Assembly (NCBI GenBank): GCA_003231645.1
Contig: QIIW01000066.1
Coordinates: forward strand, 4,094-68,093
Direction: 5' to 3'
Length of the DNA stretch: 64,000 nt
Source: Acidimicrobiia bacterium
GTDB lineage: Bacteria; Actinomycetota; Acidimicrobiia; Acidimicrobiales; Aldehydirespiratoraceae
Both the position numbers and the translations under genes were made by a program. Positions 9,019-18,537 of the stretch are shown here, piece by piece (position 1 is the stretch's first letter; the number at the start of each line of letters is the position of its first letter). Below the pieces are notes generated by a model. It saw nothing but the letters and a program-made list of their open reading frames with translations. It ran no database searches and was not told the origin of the DNA.

Positions 9019-9416
9019 ACACCGAGTCGACCGCCACCGATCAGAGCCGTCACGACGGTGTGCCGGGCCGTCGAATCGTTGGCGTGTCGTGGTCATCGAC
9101 CGCCATTTTCACGGTCACGGCGGTGACCGCCGCGATCAGTCCCGGAGTCCTGCGTTGGCCGGCGCTCCTGGTGGCGTTGTTCATGTTCGGGACGGGATGC
9201 GTGGTGTTCTTCCTGGCCGAGTCGGCGCCGCGTCGAGTGCAACTCCAGCTCATGGGATCGTTCACCGTCCAAGTGGTCGTGCCCATCACGACGGCATCCC
9301 TGCGGATCTTCACGACGCTGGCTTTGGGCGCCCTTGCCCCGATGCCGGGCCTGGGATTGGCCGGACTGTGGGGGGCGAAGTTCGGTAGATTCGGAGCCCG
9401 AAGCCGAGCCGAGTGA
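9015..9416 (+). CDS. small integral membrane protein, unknown function
   Basis: There is a GTGA stop/start overlap with the GT4 gene. Third codon positions are GC-rich in this frame. Several hydrophobic stretches are present (AIFTVTAVTAAI, LLVALFMFGTGCVVFFLA, TLALGALAPMPGLGLAGLW). Confidence 0.55.
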   Translation: MNTESTATDQSRHDGVPGRRIVGVSWSSTAIFTVTAVTAAISPGVLRWPALLVALFMFGTGCVVFFLAESAPRRVQLQLMGSFTVQVVVPITTASLRIFTTLALGALAPMPGLGLAGLWGAKFGRFGARSRAE

Positions 9417-9476
9417 CGTCACGCTCACAGTCCACTTGTTAGTGTCACGATTCGAGACACGAGGAGCGATTCGAAC

Positions 9477-9929
9477 ATGGTCGATCAAGCCACCGAGCGC
9501 ACCACCATCAACGCCACACCCGATCAGTGCTTCGACGCGGCGATCGATTTCGAGCGTTATCCCGAATGGGCGTCCGACATCAAGATGTCGCGGATACTGT
9601 CGTCCGACGACCAAGGCCGAGCCGTCGACGTCGAGTTCCGCGCCGCGGCCATGGGCCGCAGCACCACCTACACTCTCCGCTACTTCTACGGCTCCAACCC
9701 GAGGCGACTCGCTTGGCGTCTCAAGGAAGGCGATGTCACCCGCCGCCTCGACGGTGAGTACGAATTCCTGCCGGTCAAGGGCGACCCCACGAAGACCGAG
9801 GTCGTCTATCACCTGGCGGTCGACCTGTCGGTGCCGCTGCCGGGCTTCGTCAAGCGTCGGGCCGAGGCCCGCCTGCTGCGCACCGCCCTCGAGGATTTCA
9901 CCTGCTTCGTCGAGGGTCGAACCGAGTGA
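9477..9929 (+). CDS. SRPBCC-family (cyclase/dehydrase-like) protein
   Basis: 150 aa. INATPDQCFDAAIDFERYPEWASDIK is a typical N-terminal signature of the polyketide-cyclase/SRPBCC fold. Confidence 0.75.
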   Translation: MVDQATERTTINATPDQCFDAAIDFERYPEWASDIKMSRILSSDDQGRAVDVEFRAAAMGRSTTYTLRYFYGSNPRRLAWRLKEGDVTRRLDGEYEFLPVKGDPTKTEVVYHLAVDLSVPLPGFVKRRAEARLLRTALEDFTCFVEGRTE

Positions 9930-10180
9930 CGGAGATTTCCGAGGGCGATACCGGAGGGCCGACCGAACCTCTCGACGAGGTGCGCGACGCGGCAAGTGCC
10001 GTGATCAGTTCGCTCAAGAGGCTCCTGGAGGCCACCGAGAAGGTCATCGCCGACCCGGTTGCGTTCGATCAGGCCGTCGCCGGCGGGAAGGGTCTTCTCG
10101 ACGCGTTCACCCACGGATTCGTCAACGAGTCACGCCGGACCGGCGCCGCTGCGGCGGACCCCGCCGAGCAGGTTGACTGA
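9926..10180 (+). CDS. small hypothetical protein
   Basis: 84 aa with a GTGA overlap with the SRPBCC gene and GC-rich third positions. I recognised no motif. Confidence 0.45.
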   Translation: MTEISEGDTGGPTEPLDEVRDAASAVISSLKRLLEATEKVIADPVAFDQAVAGGKGLLDAFTHGFVNESRRTGAAAADPAEQVD

Positions 10181-10209
10181 GGCTGAGAGCACCACCCTCG
10201 ACCTGTCCG

Positions 10210-10229
10210 GGCCGGCCTTCGGGCGGGCC
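10210..10229 (+). terminator. GC-rich hairpin with TTCG loop, possible terminator
   Basis: GGCCGGCC-TTCG-GGCGGGCC forms 7 pairs plus 1 mismatch, 30 nt after the stop at 10180. No T-tract follows, so the call is weak. Confidence 0.25.
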
Positions 10230-10263
10230 GGAGTTCGGTGTCGTCGGGGCCGACGAGCTTTAG

Positions 10264-12207
10264 ATGACTCGCTTGGTGCCGACGTGGAATCGGATGCGTT
10301 TGGCAAGCCTGCGTCCAAGTCCGGGAGGCCCGGAGATACGGCTACACCCGAGGATCACATTGATCGTCGGTCTGCTCCCGTTGGAGCGGGTGGAACTCGT
10401 TTCCACCGCCCACAGCTTGGCCCTGGGTGAGGAGCCGCAATGGGATGGTGTGGTCGAGGTGGCCGGGGTCGAGATCGCCTTCGCCGAGGTCGCCGATGTG
10501 ATCGGCCACACGGCCGATGCCGCACCGATCATGACGGCGGCCGAAATCCCGGAGGTCATGGCATACGCCGCCGCGGTGTCGCGTGTCGACCCTACGGGGC
10601 CTGATCCCCTCGATGGTATGCGTCGGACACTGAATGACATCGCTGACGAACTCAGCGTCGCCCACAGGTTGAGGGCGGAGATGAACGCCCGTGTGGCTTC
10701 GGCTCGCGCCAACGTTGACTCCGACGCCTTCGACCGCCTCGACCGGACCGACAACGAGCTGCGTCGAGCTGCCGATCAGGCCGGTCGGCCAGATCCCTGG
10801 ACGGGCGTGTCGGATGTCGATGAGCGAACGGTTCATCTGGAGAAGGTGATCAGCGATCTGGACGAGTACCTCTCGAATCTGCCGAGTGGTGATCGGGTGG
10901 GTCTGGCGGCCGATGCCGCCACGGCGAAGGTGGCCCTCAGCGAGGGTGACGCACACCTGCCACGGGCGGCTCGACTTCTGGAGACCTGGCGGGTCCACGA
11001 GAGTCGCCGTCGCAGCATTGTGGCCAGGTTCAGGTCACTCGGGATCGACCGCGACGGTGCTCTTGCCCGGCTGGAGTCGGTACGGGCCGCGCTGTGCGCC
11101 GCGGAGGAATCGGCTACACCACGCGAGATTACCGACGAGGAGGCCGCCGAGATCGAGCGGGTCCACGACTGCTACCAGGATCATCGTGAAAGGGTTTCAG
11201 CGAGCCTGCGAAAGGGAGTGGCCCGGCGACGGATGCACGAGGCTCAGACCGAGCTGACTGCGATCCTCGAGTCGCTCGGATACGCGACGTGGTCGCAGTT
11301 CCGCTTGGGAAACGCGATGGTACAGGTCAGCGAGGAGTCGCTCAGGTCATATGAGGTCACCAGGACTGAACTTGACGCGGCCGAGCTCGAATGGGCTGAA
11401 CTCACCACACGCCTCGAAACCGACGCCGAACTCCGTGAGATCGACGCGGCCATGATCGAACTTCGCGTGGAGGTGGCCCGGCTGCTCGGCACCGACCCCC
11501 TTCAGCCGGCCGACCCGGCCGGTGATCGGCGGCTGCGCAAGGCTCTTGCCGACGTGATGATCGACGCGTCATCGTCGCCACTCGACCCGGACGAAACGAC
11601 GGCCAGGCTCCGCCTGACCCTGTCCGAATGTGGACCGTCCGGGCACCACGAACTCGAGTCGAGACGAGGAGTGCTCGCCCTGGCCGAGTCGTGGCTGGCC
11701 GTCCTGCGTGACGCCGACGCGGCCAGGCTTCGACTCATCCACGACCGACATCGGGCCACTGTGGAACTGGAGGCGCTTCGCGCCCCGGAGAATGCGACGA
11801 GAGTCGATCACCTCGACGATCAGCGTCGGGCGGTGCGTGATGCCGAGATGGCTGTGAAAGACTCCGTCGCTGCCATGCGCGCTCTCGTGGAAGCCAGGAT
11901 CGAGCTCCATGTCCTGGCCGCGACCGAACTGGCCATGGCCGAGGATCACGATGCCAAAGCGGTCATCATCGACCGCGCCGAACAGACGAGACTAGCCGTC
12001 CGATCGGCCGGATCAGGTGCCGCCGGAGGTCCGCTTCCCATTGTGATCCTGGCCGGGGGGGAGGAGCCCTCCTGTCTCGATCCCCTGCTGACGCTACCCG
12101 ATGATGTGCAGGTGATCATCGTCGGTGACGGTGATCCGATGCTGCGGTGGGCGCATTCGGTCGGCTCCGATCGCGCTAGCGTTGTCGACCGCGGTGTGCT
12201 CGTCTGA
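10264..12207 (+). CDS. large coiled-coil protein of unknown function (Ala/Glu/Arg/Leu-rich)
   Basis: 647 aa with GC-rich third positions throughout. Long heptad-like A/E/R/L stretches occupy the middle. The short ends resemble degenerate SMC/RecF-type head segments (see findings). An alternative start is ATG 10294. Confidence 0.65.
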   Translation: MTRLVPTWNRMRLASLRPSPGGPEIRLHPRITLIVGLLPLERVELVSTAHSLALGEEPQWDGVVEVAGVEIAFAEVADVIGHTADAAPIMTAAEIPEVMAYAAAVSRVDPTGPDPLDGMRRTLNDIADELSVAHRLRAEMNARVASARANVDSDAFDRLDRTDNELRRAADQAGRPDPWTGVSDVDERTVHLEKVISDLDEYLSNLPSGDRVGLAADAATAKVALSEGDAHLPRAARLLETWRVHESRRRSIVARFRSLGIDRDGALARLESVRAALCAAEESATPREITDEEAAEIERVHDCYQDHRERVSASLRKGVARRRMHEAQTELTAILESLGYATWSQFRLGNAMVQVSEESLRSYEVTRTELDAAELEWAELTTRLETDAELREIDAAMIELRVEVARLLGTDPLQPADPAGDRRLRKALADVMIDASSSPLDPDETTARLRLTLSECGPSGHHELESRRGVLALAESWLAVLRDADAARLRLIHDRHRATVELEALRAPENATRVDHLDDQRRAVRDAEMAVKDSVAAMRALVEARIELHVLAATELAMAEDHDAKAVIIDRAEQTRLAVRSAGSGAAGGPLPIVILAGGEEPSCLDPLLTLPDDVQVIIVGDGDPMLRWAHSVGSDRASVVDRGVLV

Positions 12208-12270
12208 CCCGACGATCGTCTGACCGGCAGGTCGATTCTCGATCAGTGGCTTGGGCGGCGCCCAAGGGAG

Positions 12271-13224
12271 TTGCTGGTTGTGCGATGTGGAATCGATATC
12301 GGAGGTACGAAGGTCCTCGGCTTGGCGGTTGACGCCGACCCGGTCGAACCCGTGGCTCACCGCCTCGCGCCCACCATCTACGAAGCGGATTCCCTGATCG
12401 ACACGATCATCAAGATGGTGTCCGACCTCGAGAACGACACGTGCGCTCGAATCGAGGTCGTCGGCGTCGGAATCGCCGGCATCGTTGATCGCTCCGGCAC
12501 CCTGCGGTACTCACCCAACATCCCCGGTGTGGTCGATCTCCCCATTCGCGACATTCTCGGCGAGGTGCTCGGCCGTCCCGTGATGGTCGAGAACGATGCC
12601 GCCTCGGCCACCTGGGCCGAGCATCGCTGCGGGGCAGGCGTCGGCAGCGACAACGTGGCCTTTGTCGGGCTCGGCACCGGAATCGGAACCGGCTTCGTGC
12701 TCGATGGCGTGCTGCACCGTGGTTGGCACGGCTTCTCGGGCGAGTCGGGCCACATGATCATCGACAAGACAGGCCCCACCCACATAACCGGGGCCGGTGG
12801 GCCGTGGGAGCTCACGGCATCGGGCACGGGGCTCACCCACCTGGCCCGCCGCTTCGCGGCCGAGGGTCGGCTTGCCTCGGTGCTCGAACTTGCCGGGTCG
12901 GTCGATGAGATCCATGGTCGCCACATCCAGGAATCGGTCGACTCCGGTGCGACGGATGTGGTCGCACTCCTCGAGGAGTTCGCCCGTGACGTGGGAATCG
13001 GCCTGGCCAACCTGATCCACATCCTCGATCCTGAGATCATCGTGATCGGTGGCGGTCTCGTCGACCTGGGACGTCCGCTGCTCGACGCGATCCGCTGCCA
13101 CACGGCGTCGTTCGTGTTGGGTGGGGAACACCGCCCCGCGGCCGAGATTCGACCGGCCCGGTTGGGGAGCAGGTCGGCAGCGATCGGGGCCGCCCTGTTG
13201 GCCGCGGATCTGGCCGCCACCTGA
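12271..13224 (+). CDS. ROK-family sugar kinase (glucokinase-like)
   Basis: CGIDIGGTKVLGLAV (N-terminal ATP motif), ENDAASATWAE and GTGIGTGFVLDG. The start is TTG 12271 or a GTG a few codons in. Confidence 0.85.
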   Translation: MLVVRCGIDIGGTKVLGLAVDADPVEPVAHRLAPTIYEADSLIDTIIKMVSDLENDTCARIEVVGVGIAGIVDRSGTLRYSPNIPGVVDLPIRDILGEVLGRPVMVENDAASATWAEHRCGAGVGSDNVAFVGLGTGIGTGFVLDGVLHRGWHGFSGESGHMIIDKTGPTHITGAGGPWELTASGTGLTHLARRFAAEGRLASVLELAGSVDEIHGRHIQESVDSGATDVVALLEEFARDVGIGLANLIHILDPEIIVIGGGLVDLGRPLLDAIRCHTASFVLGGEHRPAAEIRPARLGSRSAAIGAALLAADLAAT

Positions 13225-13270
13225 TCGGGATATCGGATAGCCGTCACCCATGGCCCGATAGCGTGATCGC

Positions 13271-14449
13271 ATGGATTTCCGACGGATCAATGGGCTGCCG
13301 CCCTACGTGTTCACGATCATCGATTCACTGAAGATCGAGTCACGTCGAGCGGGTCGCGATGTGATCGACCTGGGTTTCGGGAATCCCGACCTTCCGTCAC
13401 CCGACATCGCCGTGTCGAAGCTGTGTGAGGCCGCCAACAATCCACGCAATCACCGCTACTCGTCGAGTCGCGGCATACCGAAACTTCGTGAGGCGGTGGC
13501 CGGCCTCTACCGACGCCGGTTCGGTGTCGACATCGATCCTGAGACCGAGGTGATCAACACCATCGGTGCCAAGGAGGGATACAGCCACCTCATGTGGGTA
13601 CTGCTCCAGGCCGGAGACGCCGTGCTGGTGCCGTCGCCGTCGTATCCGATTCACCTTTTCGCCCCGTTGTTCGCCGGCGCCAACGTTCGTGAGATGCCTC
13701 TGACCAACGACCAGGACGATTTCTTCGACGTGCTCACCGAGAGGTTCGAGTATTCGTGGCCGCGGCCGAGAGTGATCGTCCTGTCGTTCCCCCACAATCC
13801 CACCACCACGTGTGTCGATCTCGATTTCATGCAGAGGGTGGTCGATTTCGCCCGGGAGCGAGAAATAGTTCTCGTTCACGACTTCGCCTACGCCGAACTC
13901 GGTTTCGAAGGTTTCAAGCCACCGTCGATCCTGGAAGCCGAGGGAGCCAAGGAGGTCGCCGTCGAGCTCTACTCCATGACCAAGAGCTTCTCGATGGCCG
14001 GATGGCGCATCGCCTACATGGTCGGCAACGCCGAGATCGTGGCGGCCCTGGGCAAGCTCAAGTCGTATCTCGACTACGGCACGTTCCAGCCGATCCAGAT
14101 CGCCGCCACCGTGACCCTCAACGAGGCCGTCGACTACCCGGGCGAGTTGGGTGAGATCTATCAGAGGCGACGCGACACCCTCTGCGACGGGCTCAAGCGC
14201 ATCGGATGGGACGTGGAACCGCCGCGTGGCTCCATGTTCACCTGGGCGCCCATCCCGGAGCAGTACTCCCGAATGGGTTCGGTCGAGTTCGCTTCGATGC
14301 TGGTCAAGGAAGCCGACGTGGCGGTGTCGCCCGGCGTCGGCTTCGGTCCGGGGGGCGAGGGTTTCGTGCGGTTCGCTCTCATCGAGAACGAGCAGCGCAT
14401 CAATCAAGCCGTACGGAACTTGCGCGGCGCGCTCGATTTCTTGCCCTAG
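13271..14449 (+). CDS. class I/II PLP-dependent aminotransferase (AlaC/AspC-type)
   Basis: RRINGLPPYVFTIIDSLK, IDLGFGNPDLPSP, and SMTKSFSMAGWRIAY (PLP-lysine region). Confidence 0.85.
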   Translation: MDFRRINGLPPYVFTIIDSLKIESRRAGRDVIDLGFGNPDLPSPDIAVSKLCEAANNPRNHRYSSSRGIPKLREAVAGLYRRRFGVDIDPETEVINTIGAKEGYSHLMWVLLQAGDAVLVPSPSYPIHLFAPLFAGANVREMPLTNDQDDFFDVLTERFEYSWPRPRVIVLSFPHNPTTTCVDLDFMQRVVDFAREREIVLVHDFAYAELGFEGFKPPSILEAEGAKEVAVELYSMTKSFSMAGWRIAYMVGNAEIVAALGKLKSYLDYGTFQPIQIAATVTLNEAVDYPGELGEIYQRRRDTLCDGLKRIGWDVEPPRGSMFTWAPIPEQYSRMGSVEFASMLVKEADVAVSPGVGFGPGGEGFVRFALIENEQRINQAVRNLRGALDFLP

Positions 14450-14470
14450 CGCGGCTCGGTTCGACCGGCG

Positions 14471-15952
14471 TCAGTCGGCGAGATCCCAGTCGAGGGATCG
14501 TTGCACCGCTCGCTGCCAGCGGGCGTAGAGGGCATCGGCCGATGTGCGGCGCAGGTCCGGCAGGAAGGTCCGGTCGGCCTGCCATTTGTCGGCCAGTTCG
14601 CCGGTGTTGCTCCAGACGCCTTCGGCCAGACCGGCGAGATAGGCGGAGCCCATGGCCGTGGCCTCCCGGATCTTCGATCTGACCACCGCAACGCCGATCT
14701 GATCGGCTTGGAACTGGAGCAGCATGTCCATTGCCGAGGCACCACCGTCGACCCTCAACTCGGTGATGGGAGTTCGGCTCGCCGACGTCATGGCGTCGAC
14801 GACATCGCGGCTCTGGTAGGCGATCGCCTCGACCGTGGCCCGGACGATCTCGGCCCGGCCGGTACCCCGGGTGAGGCCGATGATGGTGCCGCGGGCTCGA
14901 GCGTCCCAGTAAGGGCTGCCGAGGCCGACCAGGGCGGGCACGAACACGACACCACCGGTGTGGGGAACCGACTCGGCGAGCGGGCCCGTGTCAGATGCCC
15001 GGTCGATGATTCCGAGCCCGTCGCGAAGCCATTGAATGGCGGCGCCGGTGGCGAAGATGGCGCCCTCGTACGCGTAGCTCGTCCGGGGTGTGCGGTCCCC
15101 GATGGTCCACGCGACCGTGGTGAGCAGCCCCTCGACCGGCGGAGGACACTTGTCGCCGACGTTCATGAGCACGAACGAACCGGTGCCGTATGTGTTCTTG
15201 GCCTGGCCCGGGGAGAAGCATGCCTGGCCGAACAAGGCGGCCTGCTGGTCACCGGCCACACCGCTCACGGGTATGTCCGCCCCGGTGGGTATCTCGGCGG
15301 TGGTCACCCCGAATCGGCCCGACGACGGTCTGACTTCGGGCAGGCAGCCGGCGGGAACACCGAGCATGTCGCAGAGTTCAGGGTCCCAGTCGAGAGAGTG
15401 GATGTCGAAGAGCATGGTTCGGCTGGCATTGGATGTGTCGGTGACATGCGCGCCTCCGGTGAGATTCCAGATCAGCCAGGAGTCGACGGTTCCGAACGCC
15501 AGGTTGGCGTCGGCGGTGACCCCGCCCTCGGTGATGATCCACTCGAGCTTGGTGCCCGAGAAGTAGGGGTCGAGCACCAGACCCGTGCGGCTTCGCACCA
15601 GATCGAGTCGTCCCTGCTCGGTGAGTTGCTCGCAGCGCGAGGCGGTACGGCGGTCCTGCCAGACGATCGCCCGATGGAGTGGTCGGCCGGTGCGCCTGTC
15701 CCACACGACCACGGTTTCGCGTTGGTCGGTGATGCCGATCGCGGCGATCGGCTCGTCGACCGTGGCCGTGATCTCGGCGAGCGTGGCCACCACCGCCTGC
15801 CAGATCTCGTCGGCATCATGCTCGACCCACCCGGGTCTGGGGAAGTATTGGGTGAACTCGCGGTAGGCGAAACCGATCGGCCGGCCGTCCTCGTCGACGG
15901 CAAAGGACCTCACACCGGTGGTACCGGCGTCGATGGCGATGACGATTCCCAT
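14471..15952 (-). CDS. glpK: glycerol kinase
   Basis: MGIVIAIDAGTTGVRSF at the trimmed start (ATG 15952), GWVEHDADEIW, GDQQAALFGQ and GLGSPYWD. The ORF-track start at 16138 adds an Arg/Gly-rich extension. Confidence 0.92.
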   Translation of the reverse strand: MGIVIAIDAGTTGVRSFAVDEDGRPIGFAYREFTQYFPRPGWVEHDADEIWQAVVATLAEITATVDEPIAAIGITDQRETVVVWDRRTGRPLHRAIVWQDRRTASRCEQLTEQGRLDLVRSRTGLVLDPYFSGTKLEWIITEGGVTADANLAFGTVDSWLIWNLTGGAHVTDTSNASRTMLFDIHSLDWDPELCDMLGVPAGCLPEVRPSSGRFGVTTAEIPTGADIPVSGVAGDQQAALFGQACFSPGQAKNTYGTGSFVLMNVGDKCPPPVEGLLTTVAWTIGDRTPRTSYAYEGAIFATGAAIQWLRDGLGIIDRASDTGPLAESVPHTGGVVFVPALVGLGSPYWDARARGTIIGLTRGTGRAEIVRATVEAIAYQSRDVVDAMTSASRTPITELRVDGGASAMDMLLQFQADQIGVAVVRSKIREATAMGSAYLAGLAEGVWSNTGELADKWQADRTFLPDLRRTSADALYARWQRAVQRSLDWDLAD

Positions 15953-15996
15953 GCGTCCACGACAGTACCCGCGGTGTCGCCCTCGATCGGTCGGGA

Positions 15997-18450
15997 TCAG
16001 ATCCCGGGGTGGCCGAGTGCGACCACCCAGACGGTACCGAGAGCAAATGAGGCGACGACCATGGCCGCGGTGACCAACGACTCGTGCCGCGCCAGGAGCT
16101 GCAGGATCCGGCGGGGTCCCGGCGTGGCGCCCGCCCACTCGCGGGTTCGACGGGCGGCGGTGGGGATGGTGGAGAGGCGGAGGCGTGCACCGAAGGAGTT
16201 GGTGAGCACGAGGGTGACCGAGGTGATCATGGCGATCATGGCCCAGATCGGGCCGACGATTCCGGTGACGGCCAGGGGCACGCCGATGCCGTTGAACGCC
16301 AATGCCATGGCGAGGTTCTGTTTGGTTTTCGTGTAGCTGCTGGTGGCGATGTCACGGGCCTCGGCGATGCTGTTGATCCTGCCGCTGACCAGGACGATGT
16401 CGCTGGATTCGATGGCGATGTCGGTTCCGGCACCGATGGCCATTCCGATGTCCGCCTGGGTGAGTGCCGGCGCGTCGTTGATTCCGTCCCCGACCATCAG
16501 CACGCGTAGCCCGACATGTTGGAGCGAGCGCACGACCCTGGACTTGTCCTGGGGTAGGAGCTCGGCGCGGACGTCCTCGATGCCGACGGCGCCGGCCACG
16601 GCCTCGGCGGTGCGCCGGTTGTCGCCGGTGACCATGATCGGGGTGATGCCGGCGAGTCGTAGACGTTCGATGCCTTGTCTCGCGTCGGGTTTGATCTCGT
16701 CGGCTATGCCGATCAACCCGAGCAAGTGCCCGTCGGCGGCGACCGCGATCACGGTCTGGGCGGTGTCCTCCATCGTTCGTCGTTCGGCGCTCACGGCGTC
16801 GGTCGGGATACCGGCCGCGGCGATCCAGTCGGGCCTGCCGACCAGAACCTGCCGACCACCGACAACGGCGGTGACGCCCAGGCCGGTCTGTGACGAGAAT
16901 TCCGCGGCGGTGGCGACGGGCAGATCTCTCTTGAACGCCGCGGCCACGACGGCACGGCCGAGGGGATGCTCGGATGGTTGCTCGGCTGCGGCCGCGGTCG
17001 CGAGGACTTCTTCCTCGCGACAACCGGAAACGGTGACGATTCGCACCACCGACGGTCGGCCGGCGGTGATGGTGCCGGTCTTGTCGAGCAGCACCCGTCG
17101 GATCTCGCCGAAGACCTGGAACGCCTCGCCGGAGCGCATGAGGATTCCGCGCTCGGCGGCCATGCCGCCGCCGCGCATCATGGCCAGCGGCGTGGCCATA
17201 CCGAGGGCGCACGGGTAACCCATGACGAGAACGGCCAGTGTGGCGAATGTCGCGGTTGCGACGTCGGGGGACCCTCCGGTGAACACCGGGCCGACGATCC
17301 AGATCGTCAGGGCCGATCCGGCGACAGCGAGAACTCCCGGGACGTAGTACTTGAGGATCCGGTCGAGAAGTTGAATGATCCCGGGTTTGAGGGCGCGGGC
17401 TTCTTCGATGTGGCGGGCGACCTGGGCCAGGAACGAGTCCTCGCCGACCTTGGTCACCTCGAAGACCAGGGTTCCGGTCTGGTTGACCGATCCGCCGATG
17501 ACCTCGGCGCCATGGGCCTTCGCGGCCGGGACGGGCTCGCCGGTGACCATGGCCTCGTCCACCGTCGAATGGCCCGACACGACACGACCGTCGAGCGGCA
17601 CCCGCTCCCCGGGACGTACCCGAACCCGGTCGCCGACGGCCACCTCTTCGACCGCGATCTCGAACTCGGTTCCGTCACGAACAACGAGAGCGGTGTCGGG
17701 CTGAAGGTCGAGGAGGCGTTGCACGGATTGCGACGACCGCGTGCGAACCAGCGTGGAGGCGTAGCCCGAAAGCAGATGGTAGGTCGATATGAACACCGCG
17801 ACCGAAAGGAAATCGCCTGGGGGGAACGTTCCCGGCGCGACGAACAATCCCAGGAGGCCGCCGAAGAGGCCGCCGAACGCGCCGGCTTCGAGCAGCACAT
17901 GCTGGTTCAGGATCCCGCGACGAAGCGAAGCCCACGCCATCCGGAGAATCGGTTGGGCGGCCACGAACATGGTGGCCACCGCGAGACCCAGGATCAGCCA
18001 CGGGCCGAACAGGAACGTCTCGCCTCCCCACGTGATGCTCAACGGCCGTCCGAACCAGGAGAACGACATCAGGACCAACGTGATCACCGTGAAGCCGGCC
18101 CCGGCCGAGAACCGGTTGCGTTCCTCTCGTAACTCTGCCTCTTCGTCCTCGTAGCCCTGCACCTTGCGGGGATCTCGCACGATGTAGCCGATGTCGCGAA
18201 GGGTTTTCACGATTCCCGACGGGGTGATCCGGTCAGGGTCGTACTCGACCAGACCCTCCGAGTGTGCCAACGAAACCGACACCGCCTCGACGCCATCACG
18301 ACGGGTCAAAGCTTTCTCGATCGTCCCCACACAGAATGAACAGTGCAAGCCACCCAGCTTGACCTGTAGATGCGCCAGACCGTCGTCATCGAGCCGCGGT
18401 GACCCGTCCAACCAGCCATCACGTGGTGAGGCCTCAGTCGTCTCGGTCAT
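15997..18450 (-). CDS. P1B-type heavy-metal-translocating ATPase with non-canonical transmembrane metal motifs
   Basis: N-terminal HMA domain ([17 protein letters not shown]), TGEPVP, DKTGTIT, SEHPL and [10 protein letters not shown]. The TM motif is [11 protein letters not shown] rather than CPC. The start is trimmed to ATG 18450 ([13 protein letters not shown]). Confidence 0.9.
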   Translation of the reverse strand: MTETTEASPRDGWLDGSPRLDDDGLAHLQVKLGGLHCSFCVGTIEKALTRRDGVEAVSVSLAHSEGLVEYDPDRITPSGIVKTLRDIGYIVRDPRKVQGYEDEEAELREERNRFSAGAGFTVITLVLMSFSWFGRPLSITWGGETFLFGPWLILGLAVATMFVAAQPILRMAWASLRRGILNQHVLLEAGAFGGLFGGLLGLFVAPGTFPPGDFLSVAVFISTYHLLSGYASTLVRTRSSQSVQRLLDLQPDTALVVRDGTEFEIAVEEVAVGDRVRVRPGERVPLDGRVVSGHSTVDEAMVTGEPVPAAKAHGAEVIGGSVNQTGTLVFEVTKVGEDSFLAQVARHIEEARALKPGIIQLLDRILKYYVPGVLAVAGSALTIWIVGPVFTGGSPDVATATFATLAVLVMGYPCALGMATPLAMMRGGGMAAERGILMRSGEAFQVFGEIRRVLLDKTGTITAGRPSVVRIVTVSGCREEEVLATAAAAEQPSEHPLGRAVVAAAFKRDLPVATAAEFSSQTGLGVTAVVGGRQVLVGRPDWIAAAGIPTDAVSAERRTMEDTAQTVIAVAADGHLLGLIGIADEIKPDARQGIERLRLAGITPIMVTGDNRRTAEAVAGAVGIEDVRAELLPQDKSRVVRSLQHVGLRVLMVGDGINDAPALTQADIGMAIGAGTDIAIESSDIVLVSGRINSIAEARDIATSSYTKTKQNLAMALAFNGIGVPLAVTGIVGPIWAMIAMITSVTLVLTNSFGARLRLSTIPTAARRTREWAGATPGPRRILQLLARHESLVTAAMVVASFALGTVWVVALGHPGI

Positions 18451-18490
18451 GTGTCGATCCAGTTCCTTGTACGATCTTCTGTCCGGGAAC

Positions 18491-18522
18491 ACGGTAAACC
18501 CTGAACTTGACTTCAGGGTCAA
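18491..18522 (-). promoter_or_regulatory. MerR-type promoter/operator for the ATPase gene: TTGACC - 20-nt spacer carrying the dyad ACCCTGAA-N6-TTCAGGGT - TACCGT
   Basis: Read on the minus strand: -35 TTGACC (18522-18517), -10 TACCGT (18496-18491), and a 20-nt spacer. The perfect 8+8 inverted repeat at 18498-18519 lies between the ATPase and the divergent MerR gene. Confidence 0.55.
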
Positions 18523-18537
18523 GTGATCCTCGGATTC

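Noticed and set aside
15953-16138. N-terminal extensions implied by the longest-ORF starts in the track. Examples are glpK to 16138, the ATPase to 18915, the small GMC subunit to 6941, queG from 6616, dinB from 24742, and the transglutaminase protein to 29112. Others are ROK from 31164, mraZ from 33193, and murE, murD, murG, murC, ftsQ, ftsZ and yggS from far upstream.
   Set aside because: The extensions are Arg/Gly/Pro-rich and overlap the preceding gene by hundreds of nt. They disappear when the start is placed at the codon that forms an ATGA/GTGA overlap with the upstream stop, or that matches the family N-terminus.
14501-16336. 611-aa ORF on the + strand antisense to glpK and the 3' end of the ATPase gene.
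   Set aside because: The translation is Gly/Arg/Asp/Pro-rich with no motifs. It lies entirely opposite two genes with unmistakable family signatures. Long antisense ORFs are expected in GC-rich DNA because stop codons are rare.
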